Below are positions 28,757-39,098 of a DNA stretch of 64,000 nt, in pieces. The DNA lies in IMG/VR virus record IMGVR_UViG_3300001598_002233, positions 22,311 through 86,310 of that record, one strand, 5' to 3'. Made by a program: the position numbers and the translations under genes. This stretch comes from a virus (Duplodnaviria; Caudoviricetes). Each line of letters opens with the position of its first letter. Position 1 is the first letter of the stretch. Below the pieces are notes generated by a model, which searched no databases, was not told where the DNA came from, and was given only the letters and a program-made list of their open reading frames with translations.

Positions 28757-31573
28757 ATGGCAGAAAAATATAAAATAAAATCAGACTATACTCTATTAAG
28801 AAAGAAGTCCCAAACAGTTGACGATGGTAATATCTATGAAAATGATATTATGACAATATCGCCAATGGCTGATTTATTCGATGATGGGCAAGTCCTATAT
28901 GCCGATTCCAATTTTAGATTTAGTGTTAACAATAGCCTTAATTTAAAGAAAAAGCATACAAGAAATAGTTGGGAGAAAACCCCAAGTGGCAAAATTGAAT
29001 GGACTTATTCTGATGTTGAGGATTCGCCTATTTCAGAAGAATCAGAGGTTAGAATTAAGCCAGATTATTCTCGATTAAATGACTTCGCTTACTTTGGCTC
29101 TGCTGTAAAAATGGTGGAGGCTGCAGTAAATGATGTTGTTATGAACTTCCCTGCTGAACTTTATTTTACAGATAAAAAGATAGAGTTAAATGGAACAACA
29201 TACTATATAATATCTAATGATTTCCAGATTAATGCAGATATTCCTTATATTGGAGAGGATAATGTGCCTAATCCAATGAGATATCTTTGTAGTAAGATAG
29301 CAGATTACAATTATGTAACAAAGAGTGGTGCAGTGACTTCTGGCCTGACAATATCAATTACTCAAAATAGTGGATGGACTTGTGAGAATAATGAAAAAGG
29401 TGGAATATTTGCTTCAGCGACGGTAAAAACCAATGGGGGTAAATTAGTTGATATCTATACATACCAAAAAAGTGACATTAAAACGTTACTTTATACAGAT
29501 ACAGCACTCAATGGTTGTAGTATTAGGCCTTCAGATGCTGTTGTTGATAGATTTTTCTATACAATAGACTTGTTTGAATTTGTACTATTGGACAGAACCA
29601 GTAACCCTATATATAAGGCAGTTTTTGAAACCCCATATCAGACGGAAACAGGTTTCTTCTATAAGATGAAATCCTATATATGGCCATCAATAAATGGGTG
29701 GAATCCAGACTTAGCGTCTCAAGCATATACCAAGTATATTAATTCTTTAATTTCATTGGCTGATTTTTACGATGAGTATTATTCAGATAACCTATGGAGA
29801 ATGGGCACCCACGAGGCCATTAAGAACCTTGATTGGACATTTATGCGTGATAAGGGGGATACCATTGAGGACCTTTCTAATATAGATACGAGCAGAATTG
29901 AGCCTGCTATTCGTTTATATGGAAGGCAATTTGATGGCATTAAGAGATATATTGACAATATCAAGCATTCTAATCAGGTAACATATAATCAGAAAAACAA
30001 TCTTCCAGATTATTGCCTAACAGATGTGGCAGGATTATCTGGGTGGGATGCTCTTGTCATTAAGCCAAAGGCACAATCAAATGTGGTTGGCGATATCATA
30101 TATTCAGCAATGACCAAGGGGTTCTCAGAAGTTGATATGAACACTTATTTTATGAGGAACTTGAAGATTAATTCAAGGGCATTAATGTCAATGAAGGGAA
30201 CAAGAAAGGGCGTTGAGGCAATGCTTGGCCTTCTTGGAATAAGGGAAGATGAATACAAAATTCATGAGAAGATAGGTATTGCAAAAGGCGGAGATAAATG
30301 TGAATTCAGTGGAGCAACCCCTTCTTCAGCAAGTTCTGTTTACCCAACTTACGAAAGTATTAGACTAATCAATGAAAGAAAAGATAATTTCATATTCGGA
30401 GAAGAGGATATTCAAACCGATGAATTACAGGGATTGGCTGTTAAACAAGTTAAAGATTATGTTGTTCCTTGGTTTGACTCAAGTGTTGAACACGATGGCG
30501 ATTGGTATTTCCAATGCAAAGGCGGATGGGGAAAACGTAAGGATAAACAAATATACTTACCAGAACTAACCAATGTAACTGCAATAACAGCAACAGCAGA
30601 TTTTCCTATATATGATGAAACAGAACCATATATGAAATTTGCAACCGATATAAGTGAAATGCTTCACTATTTACCAGGAGAAGTTAAGGCAGGTGATGTT
30701 TGCTATGTAAACGATGTTACCGATATTGACACATATAAGGAATATGATAGTATTAAGTCAGAAATAACAGCAAGCGGCATTTCTCATTATTTCATATTAA
30801 AAGATGTGAATAGAAGTACTTATTTTGGTGAAGATGGATGGAAATATATTACCGTTACCGAAATAAGAACAGCATCATCTACCAATGGAAAGAAGGTTGT
30901 TTATTTGGAAAGCCTTGTAGATAAGACAGAGGGTAATAATCCACATATAGGAAAGGGTGAATATGACGATGGACGTGAATATATTGATTATTTGGACAAT
31001 ATATTCAAAAATGCCATTGAAACAAGTGGAATGTCATTATTCACAAAGACCGATATAGATAATATAAAGAAATATTACAAGTTTAATATCAGTGGTGCCA
31101 CTGATGATATTAAGTGTTGGTATTTCTTAAATGCTACAGGAAACAATTACACATCGTCAATAGACAAATTAAAGGATGAGACAATATCAAATGAAGATAA
31201 AAATACACAATTCATAAACCCAGAAAGTGGTGATAAACGATTAATTGCTGCAGCAAATTCCGTGGTAAATCTTAAAAATATGGAGATTGTCTTCGATTAT
31301 CCTAAAGTATTCAGTGGAATTACAGCATTAAAACAAGAGTGGAAGCAATATATTGACAATATTGCAATGGAATATGTAAAACAAATGCTTCCTTCTACTA
31401 CAATATTGGAATATTATATGTCAGGAGAAACTACTTATTCAGTAGCAATACCGATTGATGATACTAATCCATATAGCACTGCTAATAAGGTATATGGTAT
31501 TACCTATACAGATATGGATGCTGCAGACGGAAACGACTCTTCGAATACGAATAAAATTATTAAAAAATCATAA
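28757..31573 (+). CDS. Putative baseplate wedge protein containing a P2 gpI / T4 gp7-like KGT segment
   Basis: DFAYFGSAVKMV near the N-terminus and ALMSMKGTRKGVEAMLGLLG, resembling the KGT motif of tail protein I-type wedge subunits. Confidence 0.55.
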   Translation: MAEKYKIKSDYTLLRKKSQTVDDGNIYENDIMTISPMADLFDDGQVLYADSNFRFSVNNSLNLKKKHTRNSWEKTPSGKIEWTYSDVEDSPISEESEVRIKPDYSRLNDFAYFGSAVKMVEAAVNDVVMNFPAELYFTDKKIELNGTTYYIISNDFQINADIPYIGEDNVPNPMRYLCSKIADYNYVTKSGAVTSGLTISITQNSGWTCENNEKGGIFASATVKTNGGKLVDIYTYQKSDIKTLLYTDTALNGCSIRPSDAVVDRFFYTIDLFEFVLLDRTSNPIYKAVFETPYQTETGFFYKMKSYIWPSINGWNPDLASQAYTKYINSLISLADFYDEYYSDNLWRMGTHEAIKNLDWTFMRDKGDTIEDLSNIDTSRIEPAIRLYGRQFDGIKRYIDNIKHSNQVTYNQKNNLPDYCLTDVAGLSGWDALVIKPKAQSNVVGDIIYSAMTKGFSEVDMNTYFMRNLKINSRALMSMKGTRKGVEAMLGLLGIREDEYKIHEKIGIAKGGDKCEFSGATPSSASSVYPTYESIRLINERKDNFIFGEEDIQTDELQGLAVKQVKDYVVPWFDSSVEHDGDWYFQCKGGWGKRKDKQIYLPELTNVTAITATADFPIYDETEPYMKFATDISEMLHYLPGEVKAGDVCYVNDVTDIDTYKEYDSIKSEITASGISHYFILKDVNRSTYFGEDGWKYITVTEIRTASSTNGKKVVYLESLVDKTEGNNPHIGKGEYDDGREYIDYLDNIFKNAIETSGMSLFTKTDIDNIKKYYKFNISGATDDIKCWYFLNATGNNYTSSIDKLKDETISNEDKNTQFINPESGDKRLIAAANSVVNLKNMEIVFDYPKVFSGITALKQEWKQYIDNIAMEYVKQMLPSTTILEYYMSGETTYSVAIPIDDTNPYSTANKVYGITYTDMDAADGNDSSNTNKIIKKS

Positions 31574-31576
31574 TAT

Positions 31577-34500
31577 ATGGCAAGAATATTTAGTTGGAAA
31601 GTAAAAGATGAATATGCATATTTGGGTAAAGTGGGATTGGTTAAAGAGTGGTTCCACCAAACGACTCAGATAACGGACAACAATGAGTTGAGTGCAATTT
31701 CAAGAACGGTGATGACATACTCTGAAGAAGAGTATAAATCGTTGTTCAATTCAATGGCTGCTTGGGCAACAGGCAAGGGTGTTTCATTAGAGCCATATAA
31801 CTACTATTATGATGTTGCAGGAAGCCTCCTTATGTTGATTGGGCCTGAAGGACAACAAGGTGTTCAAGGAAAAGAGGGACAGCAAGGTATTTCAGGCGCT
31901 ACTGGTGCGGCAGGCAAAGGCCGTAATGTAATTTGTTATAGGTCAACGCCAGAAAGTGCAACAACGCTACAAGCCCCAACAGGGGGTAGTTTTAATCCTG
32001 ATAAGTGGGATATTGAATACCCCTATTCGCCAGAAGACGGCAAGCAATGGCAGGATTCAAGCGAGTTTGGTGAGGGAAAAAAGGTATGGATGTCAAATGC
32101 AGACTTTGATAATAATGGATATAATCTTCACGGATGGGTAAAACCTATATGTATATCGGGCCCAAAGGGTGATAATGGTGCTGATGGCGATAATACAGAG
32201 TTTATATATAAGAGAACAAAAGAAAGAACTGAACTTCCAGTTCCTAATCCTCCTACAGGTACAACAGAAGAAGAAGCGAAAACACAGGGATGGACGGACC
32301 ATCCTATGGGAATTGGGGTCGATAGCGGCACTGGCGTTTTCTATAAAGCAGAATGGCTATCTTATCACACAAAAGATGAACACGGCGTTTGGGGAACGTG
32401 GAGCACGGCGGTTCTTTGGTCCTCATGGGGCGAAGATGGTGCTGATGGTGATGGTATTGAATATATCTATGCAGTAACATCTACTAATTATGACCCGCCA
32501 AAAGAAAGTATCCCTGGTAACCCTGCAGCGCCACACTATGATGACCTTATGCTACATTGGCAAGAGCCTGAAATATGGGATTATATTGTATCTAATCATT
32601 GGGAAGAAGACTACAAATTTGTGGATGAATCTGGTGTAACAAGATTTTGGACAGACGACCCAAGTGATGTTTCAGACACTGAACCTTACGAATGGGTTAG
32701 TATGAGGAAAAAGAAATGGGACGCTACACAAGAGGCTGGCATATTTGGCAAATTTGAAGACCCAAAGTTATGGGCACACTGGGGAAAAGATGGAGAACCA
32801 GGAAAGGATGGTACTTCTTTAAATGTTAAAGGAAAATATGATAGTCTATATTCAGTTCTTAAAAAATTAGAAGACGATTCTGCCTTCCCTCCTGCTGTAG
32901 GCGATTCATATGCCATCAGTGCAAATACTGGCGAAGTACATATGTGGGTATGGATGGAAGTGACAACAGAAGGTAGAACTCTATATGATAGATTTCCTAA
33001 GGCTGGAGTAGATTACACTAATTACTATTATACAGTAGAGGCAAAGCCTTATTGGTTTGTTGATTGTGGAAAATTCCAAGGAGAAGATGGTAAAACAGCA
33101 TATCTTCATATAAAATATGCAACAGATTGGGATGGAGTTCCCTCACATATTCATAGTGCTGCCACAATTGCTCGCGTCGGTGTTGTTGACATTATGTTCA
33201 CAGACCAAGACAAGGCAGAAAAGGGTGAAACCCCTGGCCCCTATGTAGCACAATATTCTGATAATATTTATACAGATAATGACAATTTGGAATTTTATTG
33301 TGAAAACAATCTTTGGGTTAAGTATGAAGGTGATGATGGACAAAGTTTTGGACAAGAACAAGTATTCTTCAGAACATTTGGAAATGAACTACCAAGTAAT
33401 TTCTATTATAAACTGAAAGATGGGGATATATTACACGGCTTTAAGGCAGGTGATACCATTCTTTCAGGATTTACATACCCTGCAGAAGCATTTACGACTT
33501 CGGATTGGGTGCCTACGGTTGGTAGTGGTGCAGATGGGTGGACAGATAGACCTAAGGGACTTGAAGATAATAAATATAACTTTGAATGGGTGGCCACAAG
33601 AAGGCTTATAGATAAAAATATAGAGCCAGAATTTGGTGGGGAGTGGTCTTATTTTGGAGAACCAAGAATATATACCCAAGCAACTGATACAGAAAGAACA
33701 CAGATAGAATATACGACATATTCTGGTGATTTGCGTTCAGTTAAGTTCGATAAATTTACAGGTGAAGCATATCCTTTAACAACTGCAGATGAAACAGCGT
33801 GGAGAAATAAATATAGCACTTATGGAACATGGTCAGACAATGCAAAAGATGCTGTGTGGAAATTAACCTGTTATGCTATTATAAAGAGTAAGGAAAAAGG
33901 CGTTGCGGGTAAGACAGAGTGGTCAGACTGGAAGGTAGAAAAAATAAAGGGTGCAACTGAATTTGCTGCATTTGCTTATGTTTCTTTACCAGAAGGTGTT
34001 AATATCAGTAATATACAGCCTAAAAACGGTACATTTACCAATCCTATTCCAGACAAGCAAACAGCAAGTTCATATACAATTACTTGGAAAGATGTTCCAG
34101 AAGGAAAAGTCAATGAAGTCCTATGGATGACAAAAGCAATGTTCACATCAGAAGAGCCCACAAGACCAATTACTTCAACAACATTGCTATATGGATGGTC
34201 ACTACCAAGTGTTTTGGCTGATACCAATGATTTCGAGGTAATGTATGCTAGTTTTAGTGGTGAGCCTTATCAGATTAGCGCTATTACTGGCTTTAAAAAG
34301 ATAGGAAAAGACATTGATACAAATTGGCTAACTAGGGCAAATGCTAAGGGATGGTTTGATGAAGTTCACGAGGTTACTGGTGGTGATATTACCTATATGG
34401 CACAAATCAGGGGCATAAACAATAAATTTGAAGATAAGGATTGGCAAATAACCAGAATTAAGGGGGCAACAGAGTTTGTCTCGTATGCTTATTTTGCTGC

Positions 34501-37033
34501 AGATGAAGGTGTAATACTCTCAGGACTAACTCCAACAGGAGGAACATATGACAACCCAATACCTGGAAATAATACAGTTACATATACTTTTAGCGGAAAG
34601 ACTTACACAGTAACAGTTAAATGGACAGATGGCCCCAAGGCAGAGCCAGGACAAATACTTTGGATGACCAAGGCAAGTTTCAAATCGTCAGTCAGTGGCC
34701 CTTCCAAGGCATGGACAACACCTACTTCAATGGCTGACACCAATGATTTCGAGGTGATGTATGGTGCGTTTAATGGAGACCCTTATCCTCTTAGTGCAGT
34801 TACTGGATTTAAGAAAATAGGGCTCGCCATAGACCCTGTTTGGTATGCAGCAGCAAAGGCAAAGGGGTGGTATGATGATGTATGGGAGGTAACAGCAGCA
34901 ACGCACTCAGCGGCAACCCATATGGCAACAATCAAGGGAACAAATAACTCGTTCAAAGATAAGGATTGGCAGATATCAAAAGTAAAGGGTGAAAGTGGTG
35001 ATACTAAATTTATTTCATTTGTATATGCACTATTGCCAGAAGGTATAGAAGAAATGACAGGAATAACGCCAACAGGTGGTACATTTGCAAGCCCGAAGCC
35101 TACGGCACCTACAGGTGTTACTCATAAAGGTACAACATATCCTATTACTTGGACAGATGGCCCCACAGGAGGTGGAAATGGAAAGGCTCTATGGATGTCT
35201 AAGGCTACTTTTGATAGTGCAACCCCAAGTTCGCCTATAACACCAGGTTGGTCAAAACCAACATTGTTGGCTGATACAGAGGATTTCGAGGTGATGTATG
35301 GCGCATTTACAGGAACCCCAGAACCAATGCCTTCAGGATTCACTAAAGTAGGTGTAACGATTGATGCTACATGGTATGCAGCAGCAAAAGCAAAGGGTTG
35401 GTATGACGATGTGGATGAAGTAACAGCAGCAACTCATTCAGCCGTAACGCATCAAGCACAAATTAAGGGCAAGAACAATAAGTTCAATGATGGGGATTGG
35501 CAGATATTTAAGGTTAAGGGTGAAGATGGACAGTCTGGTAAGTCAGATGTTGATTGGTTGAAGGAAGTATTTGGCTCTGGGGTTACTGTAAATCCAGATG
35601 AGGCTGCATTAAAGGGGCTAATTGGCGTTGTGGATAGTGCAAATAATGTCAAGGCATTTATGAATGGAAAATCAGCATATTCAAGTGCTAAAGACGGAAC
35701 GCTGATGATTGCAGCAGGTGTTGAAGGAATGTCTGACCCCAATACTGCCAAATTCAGAGTTTATGAAAATGGAACAATATATGCTGAGAATGCTAACATT
35801 CAAGGTACAGTTAATGCAACCAATGGATATATTGGAGGCATTGAAATTGGAGCTGGAGGATTATCTTCTGCAAATTTCGGTCTTTCAAGTGATGGTAAAG
35901 TTACTGCTAGTGATATTAATATTAATAACGATAATATTACAATAGACAATAGCGGTATCGTTTTCAAAAATGCGGGATTACCAGCTCTTTCTGTAAATGC
36001 AAAGACCTATAATTCAAGTTCTGAATGGATTACGACGGGTTCAACAGCATCTACTTCTTATTCTGCAATAACAGTATGGTCTGGACAAGGCACAAATGTT
36101 GTGCAGAAGGGTGCAGAATGGCAGTGGTCTACCAATTATGAGACTCCGTATGTTATTTCGGCGGGAACGCTGAATATAAGCAGTTATTCGAAATTAAAAA
36201 TATCGGGAAAAATAAATTATTATTTAACCCCATATAATGTAGGAGGTGCATATGGTGATGGTCGTGCTTCAATAAGTTCAAACATGGGTTTTCATTTTAT
36301 ATCAGGCGATTCAGGATATGATGTATGGGAGACAAAAATTTTGAACGCTTATTATTATTCAACAATTAACTGTGGTGTAACTTTTACAAAAGAGTTATTA
36401 ATTCCTGCTGGTGTTTATAATTTTGTTATAAGCGATAATGCTACTTTGGGAATGATGGTAATTCCTCAATTACCAGATACTGCAGGAACATATTCTGGCA
36501 AATGGGAAATTGGAATTACAGGATTAGAAATCACGGTAACACCACAGCAGGATTATACGGAAATATTCAAAAATGGATTTGGAACGAAGGCTGATGTAAA
36601 TAATTATTTCTTTGTTTGCAAAGACTCTACAGATAATAAAATAACTTTTGAAGTTGTTAGTGACGGTAAGAAGATGATTTTGGACGAAACAGGCTTAAAG
36701 TTGGCTCCAAAGAAACTTACCAAGATAACAACTAATGGTGTAGGATTATCTTCGTGTACAAAATACGAAGAAATTATATGGGATGTTCCTGTTGATGATA
36801 GTGAAATAATACTACCTTCAAGTGCTAATATGAAAGATGGAGAGATAATTTATTTAAATACAACAGGTAATATATATAAACTGAAATGCTCTTCTCGTAC
36901 ATGGATTGGTGTTGGAGATACAAGAGGATGGTATAACAGTGGCAATTATTCTCCGATGATACGCGGAGTCACTGTTGTAAAAATAATAAGAATGGGCACA
37001 GATATGTATGCCTTTATTACCAAATATCCTTAA
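31577..37033 (+). CDS. Long tail fibre with collagen-like G-X-Y segments and internal repeats
   Basis: GPEGQQGVQGKEGQQGISGATGAAGKG collagen run; recurring G.DG.DG..EFIY junctions; three ~175-aa repeats; last gene before a strong terminator. Confidence 0.8.
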   Translation: MARIFSWKVKDEYAYLGKVGLVKEWFHQTTQITDNNELSAISRTVMTYSEEEYKSLFNSMAAWATGKGVSLEPYNYYYDVAGSLLMLIGPEGQQGVQGKEGQQGISGATGAAGKGRNVICYRSTPESATTLQAPTGGSFNPDKWDIEYPYSPEDGKQWQDSSEFGEGKKVWMSNADFDNNGYNLHGWVKPICISGPKGDNGADGDNTEFIYKRTKERTELPVPNPPTGTTEEEAKTQGWTDHPMGIGVDSGTGVFYKAEWLSYHTKDEHGVWGTWSTAVLWSSWGEDGADGDGIEYIYAVTSTNYDPPKESIPGNPAAPHYDDLMLHWQEPEIWDYIVSNHWEEDYKFVDESGVTRFWTDDPSDVSDTEPYEWVSMRKKKWDATQEAGIFGKFEDPKLWAHWGKDGEPGKDGTSLNVKGKYDSLYSVLKKLEDDSAFPPAVGDSYAISANTGEVHMWVWMEVTTEGRTLYDRFPKAGVDYTNYYYTVEAKPYWFVDCGKFQGEDGKTAYLHIKYATDWDGVPSHIHSAATIARVGVVDIMFTDQDKAEKGETPGPYVAQYSDNIYTDNDNLEFYCENNLWVKYEGDDGQSFGQEQVFFRTFGNELPSNFYYKLKDGDILHGFKAGDTILSGFTYPAEAFTTSDWVPTVGSGADGWTDRPKGLEDNKYNFEWVATRRLIDKNIEPEFGGEWSYFGEPRIYTQATDTERTQIEYTTYSGDLRSVKFDKFTGEAYPLTTADETAWRNKYSTYGTWSDNAKDAVWKLTCYAIIKSKEKGVAGKTEWSDWKVEKIKGATEFAAFAYVSLPEGVNISNIQPKNGTFTNPIPDKQTASSYTITWKDVPEGKVNEVLWMTKAMFTSEEPTRPITSTTLLYGWSLPSVLADTNDFEVMYASFSGEPYQISAITGFKKIGKDIDTNWLTRANAKGWFDEVHEVTGGDITYMAQIRGINNKFEDKDWQITRIKGATEFVSYAYFAADEGVILSGLTPTGGTYDNPIPGNNTVTYTFSGKTYTVTVKWTDGPKAEPGQILWMTKASFKSSVSGPSKAWTTPTSMADTNDFEVMYGAFNGDPYPLSAVTGFKKIGLAIDPVWYAAAKAKGWYDDVWEVTAATHSAATHMATIKGTNNSFKDKDWQISKVKGESGDTKFISFVYALLPEGIEEMTGITPTGGTFASPKPTAPTGVTHKGTTYPITWTDGPTGGGNGKALWMSKATFDSATPSSPITPGWSKPTLLADTEDFEVMYGAFTGTPEPMPSGFTKVGVTIDATWYAAAKAKGWYDDVDEVTAATHSAVTHQAQIKGKNNKFNDGDWQIFKVKGEDGQSGKSDVDWLKEVFGSGVTVNPDEAALKGLIGVVDSANNVKAFMNGKSAYSSAKDGTLMIAAGVEGMSDPNTAKFRVYENGTIYAENANIQGTVNATNGYIGGIEIGAGGLSSANFGLSSDGKVTASDININNDNITIDNSGIVFKNAGLPALSVNAKTYNSSSEWITTGSTASTSYSAITVWSGQGTNVVQKGAEWQWSTNYETPYVISAGTLNISSYSKLKISGKINYYLTPYNVGGAYGDGRASISSNMGFHFISGDSGYDVWETKILNAYYYSTINCGVTFTKELLIPAGVYNFVISDNATLGMMVIPQLPDTAGTYSGKWEIGITGLEITVTPQQDYTEIFKNGFGTKADVNNYFFVCKDSTDNKITFEVVSDGKKMILDETGLKLAPKKLTKITTNGVGLSSCTKYEEIIWDVPVDDSEIILPSSANMKDGEIIYLNTTGNIYKLKCSSRTWIGVGDTRGWYNSGNYSPMIRGVTVVKIIRMGTDMYAFITKYP
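33941..35520 (+). repeat. Three tandem ~520-bp (~175-aa) coding repeats in the tail fibre
   Basis: Each unit reads K(I/V)KG..F..(A/V)Y..P..GT(F/Y)..P..W(T/K)D.P..LWM(T/S)KA.F..W..P..ADT.DFEVMY..F.G.P..AKGW.D.V.EVT..DWQI; DNA-level similarity, e.g. TGGTATGCAGCAGCAAA at ~34841 and ~35371. Confidence 0.9.
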
Positions 37034-37036
37034 TAG

Positions 37037-37066
37037 AAAATCCCACTCGAAACTGAGTGGGATTTT
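37037..37066. terminator. Bidirectional intrinsic terminator between convergent genes
   Basis: AAAATCCCACTC-GAAACT-GAGTGGGATTTT perfect 12-bp stem. Confidence 0.9.
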
Positions 37067-37070
37067 TGTT

Positions 37071-37535
37071 TTAGAATCCTTTCTTTTTAGATTTCTTTGA
37101 TTCTTTTTCTTCCTTTTCCTTATCCTTTATCTGTTGCAAAGTAAGGGCTGCAAGTTGAAGTTTCTGAACAGCGATATCCTTATACTTATCATAGATTCCG
37201 AGAGGGAGAGTAATTTTCGGTTCAGCACCAATGATGAGTTTTCCCTTCTCAATGTCATAAGCAACCTGACAGAGGGCGTTCTCAATCCAGAACTTCTGTG
37301 TCTGTTCGTCCACAAGGTCAAACGCCTTCTCGTAAATATAGACGTCAATCATGTCTTCGCCATCAAGAGCGACTTCCATAGGTTCTGATGTCTTCTTTAC
37401 CTTAATAACTTCCTTTGATGATTTAAGCATATTGAATACCTTCATTTCAACATACTTTCCAATACCGCAATCATCAGCAACGGTCTTTACAAGTGCAACA
37501 TAATCTTCACTTGCTTCAATAAGATTTCTTGCCAT
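37071..37535 (-). CDS. Putative phage metallopeptidase-like protein lacking HExxH
   Basis: IDVYIYEKAFDLVDEQTQKFWIENALCQVAYD aligns by eye with the 'W..L..EQ..ALIDHELCH' phage metallopeptidase-like pattern, but H and E are replaced. Confidence 0.45.
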   Translation of the reverse strand: MARNLIEASEDYVALVKTVADDCGIGKYVEMKVFNMLKSSKEVIKVKKTSEPMEVALDGEDMIDVYIYEKAFDLVDEQTQKFWIENALCQVAYDIEKGKLIIGAEPKITLPLGIYDKYKDIAVQKLQLAALTLQQIKDKEKEEKESKKSKKKGF

Positions 37536-37617
37536 AAAATTTAATTTATTAGTTGATTATTATTAGAATTTTCGTTATATTTTTAGTGAATATACAGAAA
37601 AAAAACTTAAAATCCAA

Positions 37618-38664
37618 ATGAATTTACCAGAAGGAATATCTGAAAAGGAAAAGCAGAGAAGAATTAAAATTTCAATTGCCAAGAAGAAGTCAATTGAAAA
37701 GAAAATTCGTGCTTGGAATAGGAAACAGCATTTGGAAGCGTTGAAGAGGAAACGCAAGAGAGAAAAGGAGAAAGAGAAGGAAAGGAAGAAGCGTGAGGAA
37801 AAACGCCTTAGGGAGAAGGAGAAGAAACTTCTTAAATTGGAGAAGATAAAAGAAGCAAACGGAGGTAGGATTCCGAAGAAGAGGAAACCAGGAAGACCAA
37901 GGAAACCTGGGCCGAAGAAGAGTTACTACAAGAAAAAGAAAAAGGCAGTAGTTAAAGAAAGGAAAGAGCCAAAGTTTATTTCTTATAAGGTGGTTGCTTG
38001 TAGAAATGGTAAGGAAATCAAGTTTATGGGACAATTTATTGAGTCTGCAGATGCTTATGAATTGGTTAAGTCCTTATTGGCAGAAAGCGAAAAGGTCATA
38101 TTCCCGATAGAGAAAGAGAATAATGAGGTTCTTGAGGATACCAATTTTGAATACCTTATTCTGGAAAGCAATAGAACAGAACAGCCCAATCCTTTTATGC
38201 CAAATGAATATGGCAAACTTGTGGAACAGAAGACAACAAGCAACAAGTGGATAATCCTTGATAAATTTCCTTATAAGGAAGAGGAATTGTTTTGGGTATG
38301 GGGATATAACCCAAGGACAGACAGAAAAGACTTTCAGTGGATATATGATAATATCATTGTAAATAATTTAAGTGCTTATGACATTAAGCGTGTTATTCTT
38401 TATAAGAACAAGATAATTATTAAAGATGATAATAATGATATTGAAATGATATTATGCAAGACATTATCTGATGCTGTTAGATTTTATAATTTGTTAGAAA
38501 CATTTACCAAAAGAGATAATTTAAAACAAATTGTTTTCCTTGGTTCTTATAATAAGATAAGTGATAAACGCAGAAGGCTTGAAGAAGAACTAATGGAATT
38601 AACAGGATGGAATAAGACAAAAATACAAATGTCAGGAACGAAAAAACACGCAAAAAAAGAATAG
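37618..38664 (+). CDS. Basic, putative DNA-binding protein with an AT-hook-like motif
   Basis: N-terminal ~115 aa extremely K/R/E-rich; KRKPGRPRK at 37879-37905. Confidence 0.6.
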   Translation: MNLPEGISEKEKQRRIKISIAKKKSIEKKIRAWNRKQHLEALKRKRKREKEKEKERKKREEKRLREKEKKLLKLEKIKEANGGRIPKKRKPGRPRKPGPKKSYYKKKKKAVVKERKEPKFISYKVVACRNGKEIKFMGQFIESADAYELVKSLLAESEKVIFPIEKENNEVLEDTNFEYLILESNRTEQPNPFMPNEYGKLVEQKTTSNKWIILDKFPYKEEELFWVWGYNPRTDRKDFQWIYDNIIVNNLSAYDIKRVILYKNKIIIKDDNNDIEMILCKTLSDAVRFYNLLETFTKRDNLKQIVFLGSYNKISDKRRRLEEELMELTGWNKTKIQMSGTKKHAKKE

Positions 38665-38763
38665 TTATGGAAAAGATTAAATTATTTTGCTTAAAGCATA
38701 CTTGGTTGGTGAATATGTATTTGCCATATGTGCCAATGATAATTGACTTTATTGGGTTCTAAA

Positions 38764-38789
38764 AAAGGAGAGCGTCACTGCTCTCCTTT
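38764..38789. terminator. Bidirectional terminator between convergent units
   Basis: AAAGGAGAGC-GTCACT-GCTCTCCTTT. Confidence 0.8.
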
Positions 38790-39098
38790 AATTATTTTTT
38801 TGAAGTTGGATTTTATTCTTTCCCACTTTGACGAATAAGTTTCTTCCTTTGGGGGTTCCGTATTTTCATATGGGTTTGCTTGGCTATAATATCCGTTTAA
38901 TTGGGGATTGGATAAGTAAGATAGAATCTCGGCCATTTTCGTATCATAATCGGTCATTATGGCCCGTTTTTCAGCATCTAAAAGGGCGTTATCGTCCTTC
39001 ACTGCAGCAATGAGGTCGTCAGTATCTTTTATCTCGTCAAGATAATCTTTTTCTTCTATGTTAATCATGGATTTCAATTGAGTCATCTTGTTTTTCAT
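38775..39098 (-). CDS. Hypothetical protein
   Basis: 107-aa ORF continuing the minus-strand operon; overlaps the upstream gene's end. Confidence 0.6.
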   Translation of the reverse strand: MKNKMTQLKSMINIEEKDYLDEIKDTDDLIAAVKDDNALLDAEKRAIMTDYDTKMAEILSYLSNPQLNGYYSQANPYENTEPPKEETYSSKWERIKSNFKKIIKGEQ

